DNA of 62,800 nucleotides, filler included, from Chiloscyllium plagiosum (GCF_004010195.1; 3 parts of one record of this genome joined end to end with filler, not necessarily neighbours in it); one strand, 5' to 3'; shown: positions 1 through 13,269, counted from the first letter of the whole stretch. Numbers and translations: made by a program. The notes: generated by a model from the sequence alone, not told the origin.

Positions 1-452
1 GGGACTACCTTATGCTGAAAGACTGGAACAACTTGGCTTGTATACCCTTGAGTTTAGAAGACGGAGAGAGGATCTGATTGAGACTTATAAGATTATTAAA
101 GGATTGGACACTCTGGAGGCAGGAAACATGTTTCCGCTGATGGGTGAGTGCCGAACCAGAGGACACAGCTTAAAAATACGGGGTAGACCATTTAGGACAG
201 AGATGAGGAGAAACTTCTTCACCCAGAGAGTGGTGGCTGTGTGAAATGCTCTGCCCCAGAGGGCAGTGGAGGTCCACTCTCTGGATTCATTTAACAAAGA
301 GTTGGATAGAGTTCTCAAGGATAGTGGAATCAAGGGTTATGGAGATAAGGCAGGAACAGGGTACTGATTAAGGATGATCAGCCATGATTATATTGAATGG
401 TGGTGCTGGCTCAAAGCGCAAAATGGCCTACTCCTGCATCTATTGTCTATTG
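1..452 (+). mobile_element. CR1-type LINE 3' end (subfamily with CTATTGT tail)
   Basis: ORF 38-244 reads RREDLIETYKIIKG...TRGHSLK...RRNFFTQRVV, a typical CR1 ORF2 C-terminus; ends in ctattgtctattg; same subfamily at 42367-42712. Confidence 0.9.
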
Positions 453-708
453 AGTTGTGGGCATTTACAAAGACTGAGTGAGTGCTTGAGCGAGATAATA
501 TAATGTGCTTTAGCATGAAGATATCCAACTCGGTAGGGGGAATGCAGAGTATTTCTTGGCTGATGAGAGTTTGGGAAATGTTGATATCAAAAATGACTTC
601 ATAAGTCACTGAAAGCCATCGTATAGGTGTGTAAGCTTTTATCGCAAGCAAATTTGAACACAAAACAAAGATTGTACAGAATAATACACATCCAACATTG
701 TATGCAGT

Positions 709-1725
709 TAGAGTCATAGAGATGTACAGCACAAAAACAGACCCTTCGGTTCAACTCATCCATGCTGACCAGATATCCCAACCTAATCTAGTCCCATTTG
801 CCAGCACTTGCCCATATCTCTCTAAACACTTTCTATTAATGTACCCATCCAGATGCCTTTTAAATGTTGCAATTGTACCAGCCTCCATCACTTCCTCTGG
901 CAGCTCATTCTATACATGCACCATCCTCCATGTGAAAGAAGTTGCCCCTTAGGTCTCTTTTATATCTTTCCCCTCTCACCCTAAACCTATGTCCTCTGGT
1001 TCTGGACTCCCCCACCCCAGGGAAAAGACTTTGTCTATTTACGCTATCCATGCCCTTCATGATTTTATAAACCTCCATATGGTCACCCCTCAGCCTTTGA
1101 CGTTCCAGGGAAATTAGCCCCAGCCTATTCAGCCTCTCCCTATAGCTCAAATCCTCCAACCCTGGCAACATTCTTGTAAACCGTTTCTGAACCTTTTCTA
1201 GTTTCACAACATCCTTCCAATAGGAAGGAGACCAGAATTGCACACAATATTCCAAAAGTGGCCTAACAAATGTCCTGCACAGCCGCAACATGACGTCCCA
1301 ACTCTTGTACTCAATACTCTGACCAATAAAGGAAAGCATACCAAATGCCTTCTTCACTACCCTATCTACCTGTGACTCTACTTTCAAGGAACTATGAACC
1401 TGCACTCCTTCAGACCTTAAAATTAAGTACATAAGTCCTGCTAAGGTTTGCTTTCCCAAAATGCAGTACCTCGCATTTATCTAAATTAAACTCAATCTGC
1501 CACCCCTCAGCTCATTTGCCCATCTGATCAAGATCCCATTGTAATCTGAGGTAACCTTCTTCGCTGTCCACTACACCTCCAATTTTGGTGTCATCTGCAA
1601 ACTTACTAACTATACCTCTTATGCTCACATCGAAATCATTTTATATAAATGATGAAAAGTAGTGAACCCAGCACTGATCCTTGTGGCACTCCACTGGTCA
1701 GAGGCCTCCACCACCACCCTCTTGT
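709..1725 (-). mobile_element. CR1 LINE, 5'-truncated RT and 3' end (main young family)
   Basis: ORF 905-1459: VRPLLEYCVQFWSP, LEKVQKRFTRMLPGL, TRGHRFRV; tail tagagtcatagag is the reverse complement of the (CTATGACT)n CR1 tail. Confidence 0.95.
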
Positions 1726-1873
1726 CCCCTTTGTAAGGACTTTGTACTTGCCATCGGGGAATGCATCAGAGGTTCACCAGACAGAATTCTGGGAAAGCAG
1801 GACTGACTATTGAGGAACAAATGAGGAGATTGGGCTTGTATCCTCCGGCCTTACTAGCCATGGTTAATCTTGA

Positions 1874-2008
1874 GTTGAGAGTGTGTTGCTGGAAAAGCAC
1901 AGCAGGTCAGGCAGCATCCGAGGAGCAGGAAAATCGATGTTTCGGGCCAGAGCCCTTAATCAGGAAACTGTCAACTCTGATCTCCAGCATCTGAAGACCT
2001 CACTGTCT
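1874..2008 (-). mobile_element. Mini Penelope-derived insertion with hammerhead motif
   Basis: Matches the PLE terminal repeat (gctggaaaagcacagcaggtcaggcagcatcc); flanked by CCATG(G/T)TTAATCTTGA at 1858-1873 and 2009-2024. Confidence 0.8.
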
Positions 2009-3091
2009 CCATGTTTAATCTTGAACTTACGAAGTCATTTACTTTAAATTAGACCTTTTGAAAGAAGAGACTATTATGAAGACAATAACAAAATAACCAT
2101 GATTGAGGATTATGGGGTGGTGTGTGCAGATGGTCAGAATAAGGAGGTGGCAACTAAAGTAGCTAGCTGTTGGAACTAATCATGGACTTAGAAACCTATG
2201 CACACTCAGACCTGCTGTTGGAAGTGATGATTGGGGGCAGGGTGTGATGGTTTCATGAAGTGGTTTGTCTTGCAGAAAAACAATTGTAGATTGTCATTGC
2301 TCTCTATGTTTTGTCAGAGAATTTGGCTATTGGAAAAAAAGTCTATGACAATCTCAAAATGTCTACAGACCCATGCAGTAAATATCCTCATGCCAAACAT
2401 CATTTAGAGCGTGAAAATGGGAACTGCGTTGGTTTGGCAGCAAATTGCTTAGTGTGGATTAGGGCTTCCAAGGTAAATGTGAAGAAACAGATCAATAAGT
2501 TGAAAATCCTGGAAAGATATAAAATTATATATTTAACCATTTAATTCTTGCAAAGAGCCTATATTTTATCAGCTTGAATTTATAAAGACCTGTGCAATTC
2601 TGTTCTAAGTGTGTACACCACTATTTTGCCTCGTCAAACAGCAATGGGAAGCTTAATGTAAGACGGGGGTCTACAAGCCATGCATCTCTGGAACTAAGTA
2701 CCAAAATCAAACTCATGGATGACATCCTATCCTAGACCGCAGCATTTATTTTTCATGAAAGACAAAAAGAAAATCCTTGAAAAGTGAAATTAATTGAAAC
2801 TGCACAAATGACGCCAATTTCAACCAATTTGTTTCAACTTTAATTTTGCAGCAAAAAGCAAATTGAGGTTTCACGTTTTAGCAATACAAGTGGAACTTTG
2901 GGGAAAGGGTGGCAGAGAACAAATATTCATTGATCCACAAGTAGAAATAGAGATTTTTAATCATGCATAATAGAAGAGTTCAATGTTGTCCAGATACCAG
3001 TTGATAAAGACATTCTCAGGAAGTCATGTCCAACAGTGGAGAACTTTGACACGCATTCTAACTACTGACTGATCTTCAAATAGTCATGTCG

Positions 3092-3330
3092 TAGAGTCAT
3101 AGAGATGTACAGCATGGAAACAGAGCCTTCAGTCCAACTCGTTCATGCCAACTAGATATCTTAAATTAATCTAGTCCCATATCCCTCTAAATCCTTCCTG
3201 TTCATATACCCATCCAGCTGCCTTATAAATGTTGTAATTATACTGGTCTCCACCACTTCCTCTGACAACTCATTCCATACAAGTACCAAAATATTCCAAA
3301 AGTGGCCAGACCAATGTTCTGTACAGCCAT
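3092..3330 (-). mobile_element. CR1 3' end fragment with internal deletions
   Basis: Begins tagagtcatagagatgtacagcatggaaacag, as in the other minus-strand copies. Confidence 0.85.
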
Positions 3331-4264
3331 ATGGTGAGTGATCTTTAACCCACTCTGATATTCTGGCAAAAGCTCATGACTTGGAATTATAACATTATTT
3401 CTGTTTCTGCAAATGCTGTTAGGCCTTGCGTGAGTATTTCTAACAATTTTTATTTTTCTTCAGATTTTCAGTATTTGCAGCATTTTGTTTTCATCTAGCA
3501 GCCAGATCTAGAAATTACAATGAAGAATGTGAATTTCAAATTCAGGTTGCTGCAGATAGATTGAGGCTCCAAGATCTGGTCACCAGCACTGAACTGCCTT
3601 ACAAAGGAATTGTATGGACAAATATTGCCATTTACCATCCTAATTAATTATAAATGGTATTTGTACGTGTATTGATTTAACCCAATCATCTTATCTTTGA
3701 ACATTTTTCCAGATATATCCTTGAAACGTACATTTTGCATACAATTTTCTCTGCAATGTCAAGGTTCAGCTTCAATGATGTGATGTATGTCTATAGCCAC
3801 TGTCTCTCGAGTAAATTCCCTGACCTTTCATGTCATTTGTAGAGCACTTCATGCATCAAGAATACTATGCAAAACATCTGTTGCCAGATTATCTTTGGTC
3901 AGCAGTTTTAAAGCGTGAAACACAAAAGGATAGAGATACCAATAACAACTTAGAACATTTAGGATTCTATGACAGTTCAAATGAACACAGCATTATGTTT
4001 TTATCCGAGAAACAGCATTGATTTTCAATTGGAGATATTGAATACAAGTGGAAGTAATTTTAACTTTTAATCTTGATTTGGATTTGGGACATTTGCACAG
4101 AATTTACATTCTTACATATGTCATACCTTCCATTGCTCCCAACTGTGATTTCTCACATTCTCGGAATTTAGGAGCGTAAAGGCTTTGTATTTACAAATTG
4201 TATGTAAAGCTCAGTTTTAAACACATTTGTTTGAAATAACTGTTTGGTAATACAGAACTTATAC

Positions 4265-5275
4265 ATTGTTCAATGGAGCTTAGAAGGATGAGAGACTGGT
4301 ATCTTACAGAATACCATAGGCGTGGGAACAGTAGATGTGGAGAATATTATGGACTAGGCCAGACCACTCAAAATATTCTTAAGCAGGCAACCCAGACCAT
4401 AACTTTGCAATTGTTTTGGTAAGTGTACAATGAAAATTACCCGGATTAAGTTAACGAGATTGACTACCAGGTTTAAAACAGACAAAAAATTTATTCCCAA
4501 ATTACATAATGAAACACGAGGAACAGAATAAAGAACCCCTACAGAACTCAGTCTATTCAACCTAGACTTAAGTATGTTGTTCCGAATGTACACAACAGTC
4601 CCAATAAGCAAAGGACAACAAAAGGTCAGATGCTTATAAGTTGAAGTTGAAGGGCAGAAGAGAGAGTATCTACACAGCTCACTGTTGAACTCCCAACCAA
4701 TTCTGGACTGAAGTAAACTGCTCAGCTCAACTAGCGAGCTGACCACTCCTCTTTCTTTATACAGGCCACATTTAAAACATGACCACTTTGGTATGAAGTC
4801 TCATCTGTTTACATATAAACATAAGGCCTCTCAAAATCCTTTTCACCTCTGTACCAAACCAATCTGATCAGACCTTGGCCTGGTTTAATACCGTCTGAAA
4901 AAAATCAAGGACAGTGTATCCTTGAGCCAACGAACAGCTTTTAGGAAAAAAAAAGGGCTAGCTTTGTGACAAGAAGATGTTTCCACTAGTAGGAGAGAAT
5001 ATGACCCAAGGACGCAGTCTCTGAGTGCAGGCTTGTTAGAATTGAGATGAGAAGGAATTTTTTTCAGCTAGAAGGTAGAGAATCTGTGGGCTATGGAGAC
5101 TATGTAATTGAGTATCTTTAAGACAGAGATTTATAGGTTCATGATTAGGAAGGAGATCAATGGTTACGAAGAGAAAGCAGGAGAATGTGATTCAGAAACA
5201 TATCAGCCATGATCGAATGTTGTAGCAGACTCAGTGGGCTGAATGACCTAATTCTGCTCCTGTACCTTATGGAGT
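4265..5275 (+). mobile_element. Older CR1 3' fragment interrupted by a solo LTR
   Basis: Host reads gtagatgtggagaa|gatgtttccactagtaggagag across the insert; CR1-type 3' UTR ends ctgctcctgtaccttatgg. Confidence 0.75.
4345..4971 (-). mobile_element. Solo LTR with 4-bp TSD (AGAA)
   Basis: Ends TATTATGGAC...TTTGTGACA (decayed TG...CA); AGAA at 4341-4344 and 4972-4975; minus-strand TATAAAG (about 4755) precedes AATAAA (about 4490); related copy near 29577. Confidence 0.75.
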
Positions 5276-5409
5276 AAAAGGATCAGAACTCAGAATTTTT
5301 CATCTTGCACCTTTCAGGACTAAGAATACAAGAAACTGATCTGAAAAAAATGGAGCACCAATTCATACATCATGAGAAGAGGCTGCTGATTGATTGGGCC
5401 AACATTGAT

Positions 5410-7200
5410 ATATTAAGGACAAAAGGATAACTAGGGAGAGAAAATGGCCCCTCATAGATCAGCAAGGCGGCCTTTGTGTGGAGAAGCAGGAGATGGGGGA
5501 GACGCTAAACAAGTATTTTGCACCAGTGTTTACTGTTGACAAGGATAACGAACATATAGAATGTAGGATAATAAATCGTGACATCTTGAAAAATGTCCAT
5601 ATTACAGAGAAGGAAGTGCAGATGTCTTGAAACACATAAAAAGTGGATAAATACCCAGGACTTGATCATGTCATAGTGTACCCTAGAACTCTGTGGGAAG
5701 CTAGGGAAGTAATTGCTGGGCCTCTTGCTGAGATATTTGTATCATCGATAGTCACATGTGAGGTGCCGGAAGACTGGAGGTTAGCTAACATGGTGCCACT
5801 ATTTAAGAAATGTGTTAAGGACAAGACAGGGAACTATAGACCAGTGAGCCTGATGTTGGTGATGGGCACGTTGTTGGAGTGAATCTTGAGGGATAGGATG
5901 TACACGTATTTGGAAAGGCAAGGACTGATTAGGGATAGTCAACATGGCATGAAATCATGTCTCATAAACTTGATTGAGTTTTTTGAAGAAATAACAAAGA
6001 GAATTGATGAGGGCAGAGCGATAGTGGTGATCTATATGGACTTCAGTAAGGCAACAAAGTTCCACATGGGAGACTGTTAGCAAGGTTAGATCTCATGGAA
6101 TACAGAGAGATCTAGCCATTTGGATACAAAATTGGCTCAAAGGTAGAAGATAGAGGGTGGTGGTGGAGGGTTGTTTTTCAGACTAGAGGCAAGTGACCAG
6201 TGGAGTGCCACAAGGATCAGTGCTGGGTCCACTATTTTTTGTCATTTATATAAATGATTTGGATGTGAGTATAAGAGGTATAGTTAGTAAGTTTGAAAAT
6301 GACACCAAAATTGGAGATATAGTGGACAGTGAAGGAGGTTATCTCACATTACAATGGGATCTTGAGCAGCTGGGCCAATGGGCTGAGGAGTAGCAGATGG
6401 AGTTTAATTTAGATAAGTGAAGGTGCTGCATTTTGGGAAAGCAAATTTTCGCAGGAATTATACATGTAATGGTAAGATCCTAGGGAGTGTTGCTGAACAA
6501 AGAGACCTTGGAGTGCAGGTTCATAGGTCCTTGAATGTGGAATCGCCGGTAGATAGGATTGTGAAGAAGGCATTTGGTATGCTTTCCTTTATTGGTCAGA
6601 GTATTGAATACAGGGCTTGGAATGTCATGTTGTGCATGACATTGGGGTTAGGCCACTTTTGGAATATTGCATGCAATTCTGGTCTCCTTCCTATCGGAAG
6701 GATGTTGTGAAACTTGAAAGGGTTCAGAAAAGATTTACAAGTATGTTGCCAGGGTTGGAGGATTTAAGCTATAGGGAGAGGCTGAACAGGCTGGGGCTGT
6801 TTTCCCTGGAGCATCGGAGGCTGAGGGGTGACCTTACAGAGGTTTATAAAATCGTCAGGGGCATGGATAGGATAAATCTTTTTCCTGGGGTGGGGAGTCC
6901 AGAACTGGAGGGCATAGGTTTAGGGTGAGAGGGGAATAATATAAAAGAGACCTAAGGGGCAACTTTTTTCACACGGAGGGTGGTATGTGTATGGATTTAA
7001 CTGCCAAAGGAAGTGATGGAGGCTAGTACAATTGCAACATTTAAAAGGCATCTGGATGGGTATATGAATAGGAAGGGTTTGGAGGGATATGGGCTGGGTG
7101 CTGGCAAGTGGGACTAGATTAGTTTGGGATATCTGGTCGGCATGGACGAGTTGGACCAAAATGTCTGTTTCTGTGCTGTGCATCTCTATGACTCTATGAT
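5410..7200 (+). mobile_element. CR1 LINE, decayed RT and 3' end
   Basis: ORF pieces PEDWRLANMVPLFKK, GNYRPVSL, YMDFSKA, SGVPQGSVLGPLFFVIYINDL, SKFENDTK; tail ctctatgactctatga. Confidence 0.95.
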
Positions 7201-8399
7201 ATGGAGATGCATTAGGAACAGATAACTGTGAATCTTAGTGCTCAGACCAGGCAGGTAGACTGATTGTCAAGATGTTGCCATGCGAATACAGCAGAGATTG
7301 GCAGTCTTAATAAGATGATGTTATCAATGAGAAAGGTACAATGTATGTAAAAGCACTTGCAGTTTCACATGTGCAAATACGTTGCAAAGCAAGCAAACTG
7401 GGTATAACACAGTTCAGGTTATTTAATAAATAATTTACAATAGGAAAATTACAATTAAAGGTGGACATATTGTTCTGAAGCTTGTAAGTATGAGTTGTTT
7501 GAGTACAATCATCATACTGCCCATTGCAAATGGTCAACAGGGCATGTTGTCTGATACAATCCTTGGTCATTGATGTGTATGGCCTACATACCCATCATCA
7601 TACTAGCACTGAAACTCGTGTAGCACGTTGCTGATTTGTGTAGTTTATCAACAGCATCCTTTTAGTCGAGAAAACTACTCATGGGTTTACTGCAAAGTAG
7701 TGGTGAAAGACTTAATGTTCACCTGCTGTTCAAATTTTTCGGACACGTTTCCCTTTGAGGGTAATTTGTGGAAGTCTGGGGATCACTCAGGACCAAAAAT
7801 GGTTGAATATGTACTTTCATGAGTTTTGGTGATATATTGACAGTTATGATTTCATCAGGGTAGCCATTATTATTTAGGATAATTTTGAAAAACCCATCTC
7901 AGCATCAATGAATAGGGTCCTATTTTCAAGATGGCCAATAAGATTTTTACTACATAGAATCCTACACATGAATTGACCAGTGGATGTTCGTATTTGGTAG
8001 ATAGCAGTAGAGAACACATTGGCAGATTTGATGATAAAAGAAAGCTTGCTTGATTGGATCATTTCAATGGTAAATTTGAGCACAGAATGGAATTTATTAA
8101 ATGTATGAACAAATTCTTTGTTGCAGCAACAAATTCAAATATTGCAAATTTTCAGATTCAAAACACGATCACTTCCAGAAGACTAGGTTACAAGAAATAT
8201 TTTACATAACGTTTTGTTTTCTTTTGAAAATTAACTGCTAAGAACCATACTGAAAGACATCAGTGTTGAACAGACTAAATGAGAAGACCAAGAAGACTAA
8301 GTTGCACTAGTTTTATGGCAGTCACAGTTGAACAAAGGCAAATGTTATCATTATGTTGCAGATAAGTAAAAAAGTAACTCACCACTCCAAAAAGGAAGA

Positions 8400-8745
8400 A
8401 TGTTAATATAAAGTCTCTGACATTTGGAAGCTTCACAGGCAATTACTTTTTGAAGTATAATTACTGTTGAATTGTACAGGAACACAGCAACCAATCTGCA
8501 CAAAACAAGGTCCCATAAACAATAATGAGATAAATCACCAATCTCTGTTTTGCTCATTGAGGGTTTAATATTAATCAAGAAACAAGGAGAACTCTCTTCA
8601 CCTTGTTGTTTGAGTAATGCCATCGGATTCATTCCATCCATCTGAGAGGGCAGATAGGATATTGGTCCAAATGTTTCATCTGAAGTCCTGAACCTCCAAC
8701 AGCTGACTGGCAGCTTAGGTTATGTGTTTTAATCTCTGGAATGAG
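8400..8745 (-). mobile_element. Deu-domain SINE (SacSINE1/AmnSINE1-like)
   Basis: Reverse complement has ctgccctctcagatggatg...atcc...ggca...gaagagagttctccttgtttcttgattaatatt...ccctcaa, matching the Deu core from recall; homologous to 9150-9500. Confidence 0.6.
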
Positions 8746-8759
8746 GTTCAATTCATTAC

Positions 8760-9025
8760 AATTTACGTCTGAAATGAGGAAGAATTTCTTCTCTGAGAGG
8801 ATTATGAGCCTTTGAAACTTCATACCAGAGAGAGTTGTGAGGCAGTTCTTGCATACATTTAAGGCTAAGATAGACAGATTTTTGATCAGTCGGGGAATCA
8901 AGGGTTATGGGGAACTGCAGGCAAGTAGACGTGAGGAATGTTGGATCAGTCATGATCCTATTGAATAATAGAGCAGGTTTGAGGGGCTGAATGGCCTCCC
9001 CCTGTTCCTATATCTTATGGTCTTA
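8760..9025 (+). mobile_element. CR1-type LINE 3' end
   Basis: gaaatgaggaagaatttcttctctgagagg...ggggctgaatggcctccccctgttcctatatcttatggtctta. Confidence 0.8.
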
Positions 9026-9149
9026 GATAAGAATTTTATAATCATGCTAAATCTGACACCTGAATCAATTTATTTTAAAAATAGTTTTAAGCAAAAATGT
9101 ATATCCTTGTATGTTCAAGTAAACGCTTAAATGTCTTACAGATTCAGAT

Positions 9150-9500
9150 TTCCCTCCAAAGCTCCATAAATAAAAGTCTCGACTGTCATTCCAGTGAAGT
9201 AATGATCTGCACTGTCAGACAGTGCTTTTGGATCCCATGTTATTCTTTCAAATGGATGTAGGCAACTCCATACTATTGTATTGAAGAGGAGCAGAGAATT
9301 TATCCTTAGTCTCCTGGGCAATATTTATCAATCAACATCACAAACATTATAGTATCGGGTCATTATCATATTGTTGTTTATTTTGGAGGCTTGTTATATA
9401 CAAATTAGTAACTAGGTTTCCTACATTAGTGCACTAACTATAGTTCAAAAGTATATCACAGATTATTTGGAATGTCCCAAGGTCCTGAAAGGAACCAAAT
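9150..9500 (+). mobile_element. Deu-domain SINE
   Basis: tcaaatggatgtagg...gaagaggagcagagaatt...cctgggcaatatttatc core; opposite orientation to 8400-8745. Confidence 0.55.
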
Positions 9501-9837
9501 GCCACAAGTCTTTCTAATATCTTCATGTACATAACTAGTTGGAGGCAATGGTGCAACTTTCAGTTGTGAGATTCACCACTATAGTAACAAGGCATGGAAA
9601 ATGTATGGTAATCTTGTCAGCAATTGAGAAACAAAAAATCATTGTGCAATCTCTGAAGGAGGAACAAAACTAGGTGTGAATATTACTGTTAAGGCGGTAT
9701 TCAATGATTTCAGTAACGGGGGCATTACAGTTAATTCATTCTGACATTTGCTAAATTTAACTTAATTATGAGAGAAAAAATTAATCTTAAATGTTGTGAT
9801 ATTGATATGTATAGGTATATATTTAATACATATTAAT

Positions 9838-10312
9838 AGTCCAAAGATGTGCAGGTTAGGAGGATTGGCATGGTAGCACAGTGGTTATGGTTAGCACAGC
9901 TGCCTCACAGCGCCAGAGACCCGGGTTCAATTCCTGCCTCAGGAGTCTGTGTGGAGTTTGCACATTCTCCCTGTGTCTGCGTGGGTTTCCTCACACAGTC
10001 CAAAAATGTGCAGGTCAGGTGATTTGGCCATGCTAAATTGCCCATAGTGTTGGGTGAAGGGGTAAATGTAGGGGATGGGTCTGGGTGGGTGGGTTGCTCT
10101 TCGGAGGGTTGGTGTGGACTTGTTGGGCCGAAGGGCCTGTTTCCATACTGTAAGTAATCTAAAGTGTCTGGGGATTAGCCATGGAAAATGCAGGGTTACA
10201 TGGATATATGATAAAGGGGTGTGTCTGGGTGAGACGCACTTGGAGAATTGGTGTGGACTTGATGGACTGAATGGGTGGCTTCCATTCTGTAGGGATTCTG
10301 TGATTCTATGAT
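9838..10312 (+). mobile_element. HE1/V-SINE (about 9866-10160) nested in an older HE1-like copy
   Basis: tRNA-like head ggttagcacagctgcctcacagcgccagagacccgggttcaattcc, V core gtctgtgtggagtttgcacattctcc, LINE-derived tail gggccgaagggcctgtttcc. Confidence 0.85.
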
Positions 10313-11689
10313 TTAATTATGCATAACATAGTAAATCATAAGAAAATACTTGGCTATAATTTTTCCCTGCTGGAGATAGTGTCTATATAAGTTTGATGAT
10401 GGTTGCGAGTAGGAAATGACCTCTTTTAATTTGAACAGGAAAACAACGAAGGCAGCTTTCATCATATTGCCTGATGTCATCGGAAAATATCATGAATTTC
10501 ACAAAAAAGTCATTTTAAACAGGCATTTGGAGGTAGAGCCATGGAATATTGATGAAAAGCTACAGATGCTGACCATTAACTGGTTTGCTATGTTTAGGTT
10601 AGTTTGAATTGAGTGAAGGAAAGACTGCAATCATATCTGCTATTTATTCTGAGTTGATACCCCAGTGCTTGAGTTCCATTTGGTAGTGCACTGTCTCACT
10701 GTTCATCATTACACTGCTTTGACCTACATGTAGGCGAAGGACAGGCAACACAATGGAGCTCGTTTGATGCAATCTGTCTTTCAGTCAGGGAGGCATACAT
10801 GCATGAGGTATAGCAGAATTTAGAGGGGCAGCAAGATTGTTCAGAGGAAGTCAAACAGTCTATGAACATATGTTCAAAATAAGCAGTGCGGTAAAATGTT
10901 TTAACTATTGGCAGATGGTAGAGAATTTTATTTTCAATCTTAGTGGCTGTTTTTCAGAACTGCTGAATTTTCTTTGTTATATATTTTAATTGCAAGTGCA
11001 TGTTGAGAGTCGGTTGAGATATCAATATGGTTTCTAAAAGGATTTGGAGGGTGGGAGGGGAAATGAGCTTTAAGACTGTAAAAAGTGTCAAGATGTGTTT
11101 TACCATGAAGAATATATTATTGCAGAGCTGTTTCAGCTTTACAGCAGCTGGAATGTGCATTTCTCATTGTTGGGGTTCAGCAAACAAGAACCACCCAAGA
11201 CCCAAAAGTATGTGATTAAATCCCATTTTTAAGAAACGTTGGTGACTTCTTGAACTTCCTGAATATCATTTGTACTTACATAAAGTTGATTTGAAATGTT
11301 AGCAAACACAGGCTGAAATGCTTACATTTTCACCATTGAAAAAATTTATGTATATCATGGAGGTTAAAAAATATAATTCAGGTTATTTTGGGAGGTGGTA
11401 AAGCAGTTTTAACACAATTCCCATCTCCTTTCTGATAATAGGTGTTAATAACATAGGATGGAAGGAATCCCTGAGCAGTTATGGGAATGTTTAGAATGGC
11501 AATCCCCATTCACACACAGTTCTCAACAAGGCCTGCACCCCAATTGCTTTCCCTTGATACCTCTTTTTCTCACTTTTGATCTACAGTTTTGAGATTTATT
11601 TCATTTCATTCCATGGTCAATGTAATAATTTTACAGTTGATCTATTTTTCACTTTTTGAATAATTGGCTATATATTCCCTTTGTCCTGT

Positions 11690-12265
11690 CTTTCAATATC
11701 TTCCAGTTCTGATGAAAAGTTAGACCTGAATTTTCATCTTTTGCAGTTCTCTGATTGAAGGCTGGTCTGACCCATTGTACTGCAATCTCCACCAGTGGTA
11801 GGGCAAGGGGACAGAGCTTACATTCACCTCAGCTGTTGTCACCAATCTGATCCCCAACAGTCACCTAGCCAACAGAACCTCCTAACGAGGGTAAGCTGTG
11901 GCAGAGCCATATACATTTACATGCATGTTGTGGTCACAATCTATTGGTAGTGACAGTAGAAGACCTAAGGTTCCTTATATCACATACCTCACCAGAATTC
12001 TCTCCCATTTTTACCACCTTTATATTGAAAGGAATTGCAAATTGGCTCTCAGCCTGTTTGACCACATTATGAACATACCTTCCATGATCATTATTAGATC
12101 CTAAGGCAGGACTTGAACCAAGAGTTTCTGGCTCAAGAGCATTCCTACCAGCATGCCTGAAATGTTAACTATTTTCCTCTTTCTGCAGATGTTGCCTGAC
12201 CTGTTGAGCATTTTGAGCTTTTTCTATTTCCTTCAAATTTTCACCGGTGCAGTTTTATCCTTTCG
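11690..12265. mobile_element. Old PLE terminal-repeat relic split by a minus-strand tRNA-derived SINE
   Basis: ttctgatgaaaagttagacctgaa [11731-12155] cctgaaatgttaact...gatgttgcctgacctgttgagca; insert has a reversed B box (GGTTCAAGTCC) near 12110. Confidence 0.5.
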
Positions 12266-12719
12266 GTTTGCTATTGGGCGCTGGGAGCTGCAGAAACATG
12301 GCCAGGATATATTATCCTGAAGTTATTCCTTTCGCATCACGGAGAAAGTAACTGAAAACTGTGTACATTTAAAAACTCACCACAGTCACAAATGATTCAT
12401 CCTGTAGAAGATGATCTGCTGGTTATCTGTTTTCCAATGGCCTTGTTAATGTTAACTAGAAAATTATTGATAGTGGCGTTGGGTTTGGAAATATAAAAAT
12501 AAAGGCAGTTTCAGAAAAATCCACAGAACCTCACCTAACCGTTCTTTAAAATATGGCTGTGTGAGGCTATGCAATCAGTGTTCATGGTTAGTGATGAAAC
12601 AATAATTTAAAAAAAAACAAAGCTTAAGAAAAAGTTAAAGGGTTGTTAAAAGAACAGTTAATAAATTGATGTGACCACCTTGGGTAAAAATAAAGTCACC
12701 CGAGTGCTGCTGGAGGGTA

Positions 12720-12965
12720 GGGAATTGGTTTAGCTCAGCTGGCTTGAAAAGCAATGTGATGCTAACACTCAATTCCCATCACTGGCTGAGGTTACCATAA
12801 AGGACTCAATATGTCCCCTTGTCTGAGGTATGGTGACCCTCTGGTTAAACCACGACCAGTTGTCTTTCCATATGTCTGATAACGCTATGGCAATTTAGTT
12901 GGACCATAGGACTGCTCTCTCATTAGAGAGAGGGAGAGGCAATTGGTCGTGATTTAACCTTCGAG
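12720..12965. mobile_element. tRNA-derived SINE (+) followed by an inverted tail of the same family
   Basis: ttagctcagctggc...ctgaggtatggtgaccctctggttaaaccacgaccagttg, then the inverted caattggtcgtgatttaacc; same family at 53610-53825. Confidence 0.65.
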
Positions 12966-13269
12966 TACAGGTTTTTGCACCGCTCTATGACTGTGTCTTG
13001 AGTCGCCGTTCCCATGTAATTCCATTTATAATCCTTGGAATATAGAAGCATTTTGATACTAACCCTCCCATGACCTTTTCCCATATACCAAAGCAGTGTT
13101 GACCCTAGGGTTGGCGTTTCAGAACGTTTCTTTATTCGTTGTGGAAAGCCCCAATGTCCAGGGTTTAAATTTGCCACAACTGTATTGCAGGTGGTCAGAG
13201 GTAAAAACTTAACCTTTGACTGGGGCCACGGCTCATTTCGACCTTGAGCAAGTCCGGGTCCCCACCCCT

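Noticed and set aside
9870..9945. tRNA-like A/B boxes (also about 37920, 52740, 53080)
   Set aside because: These are SINE heads continuing into V-SINE bodies, not tRNA genes.
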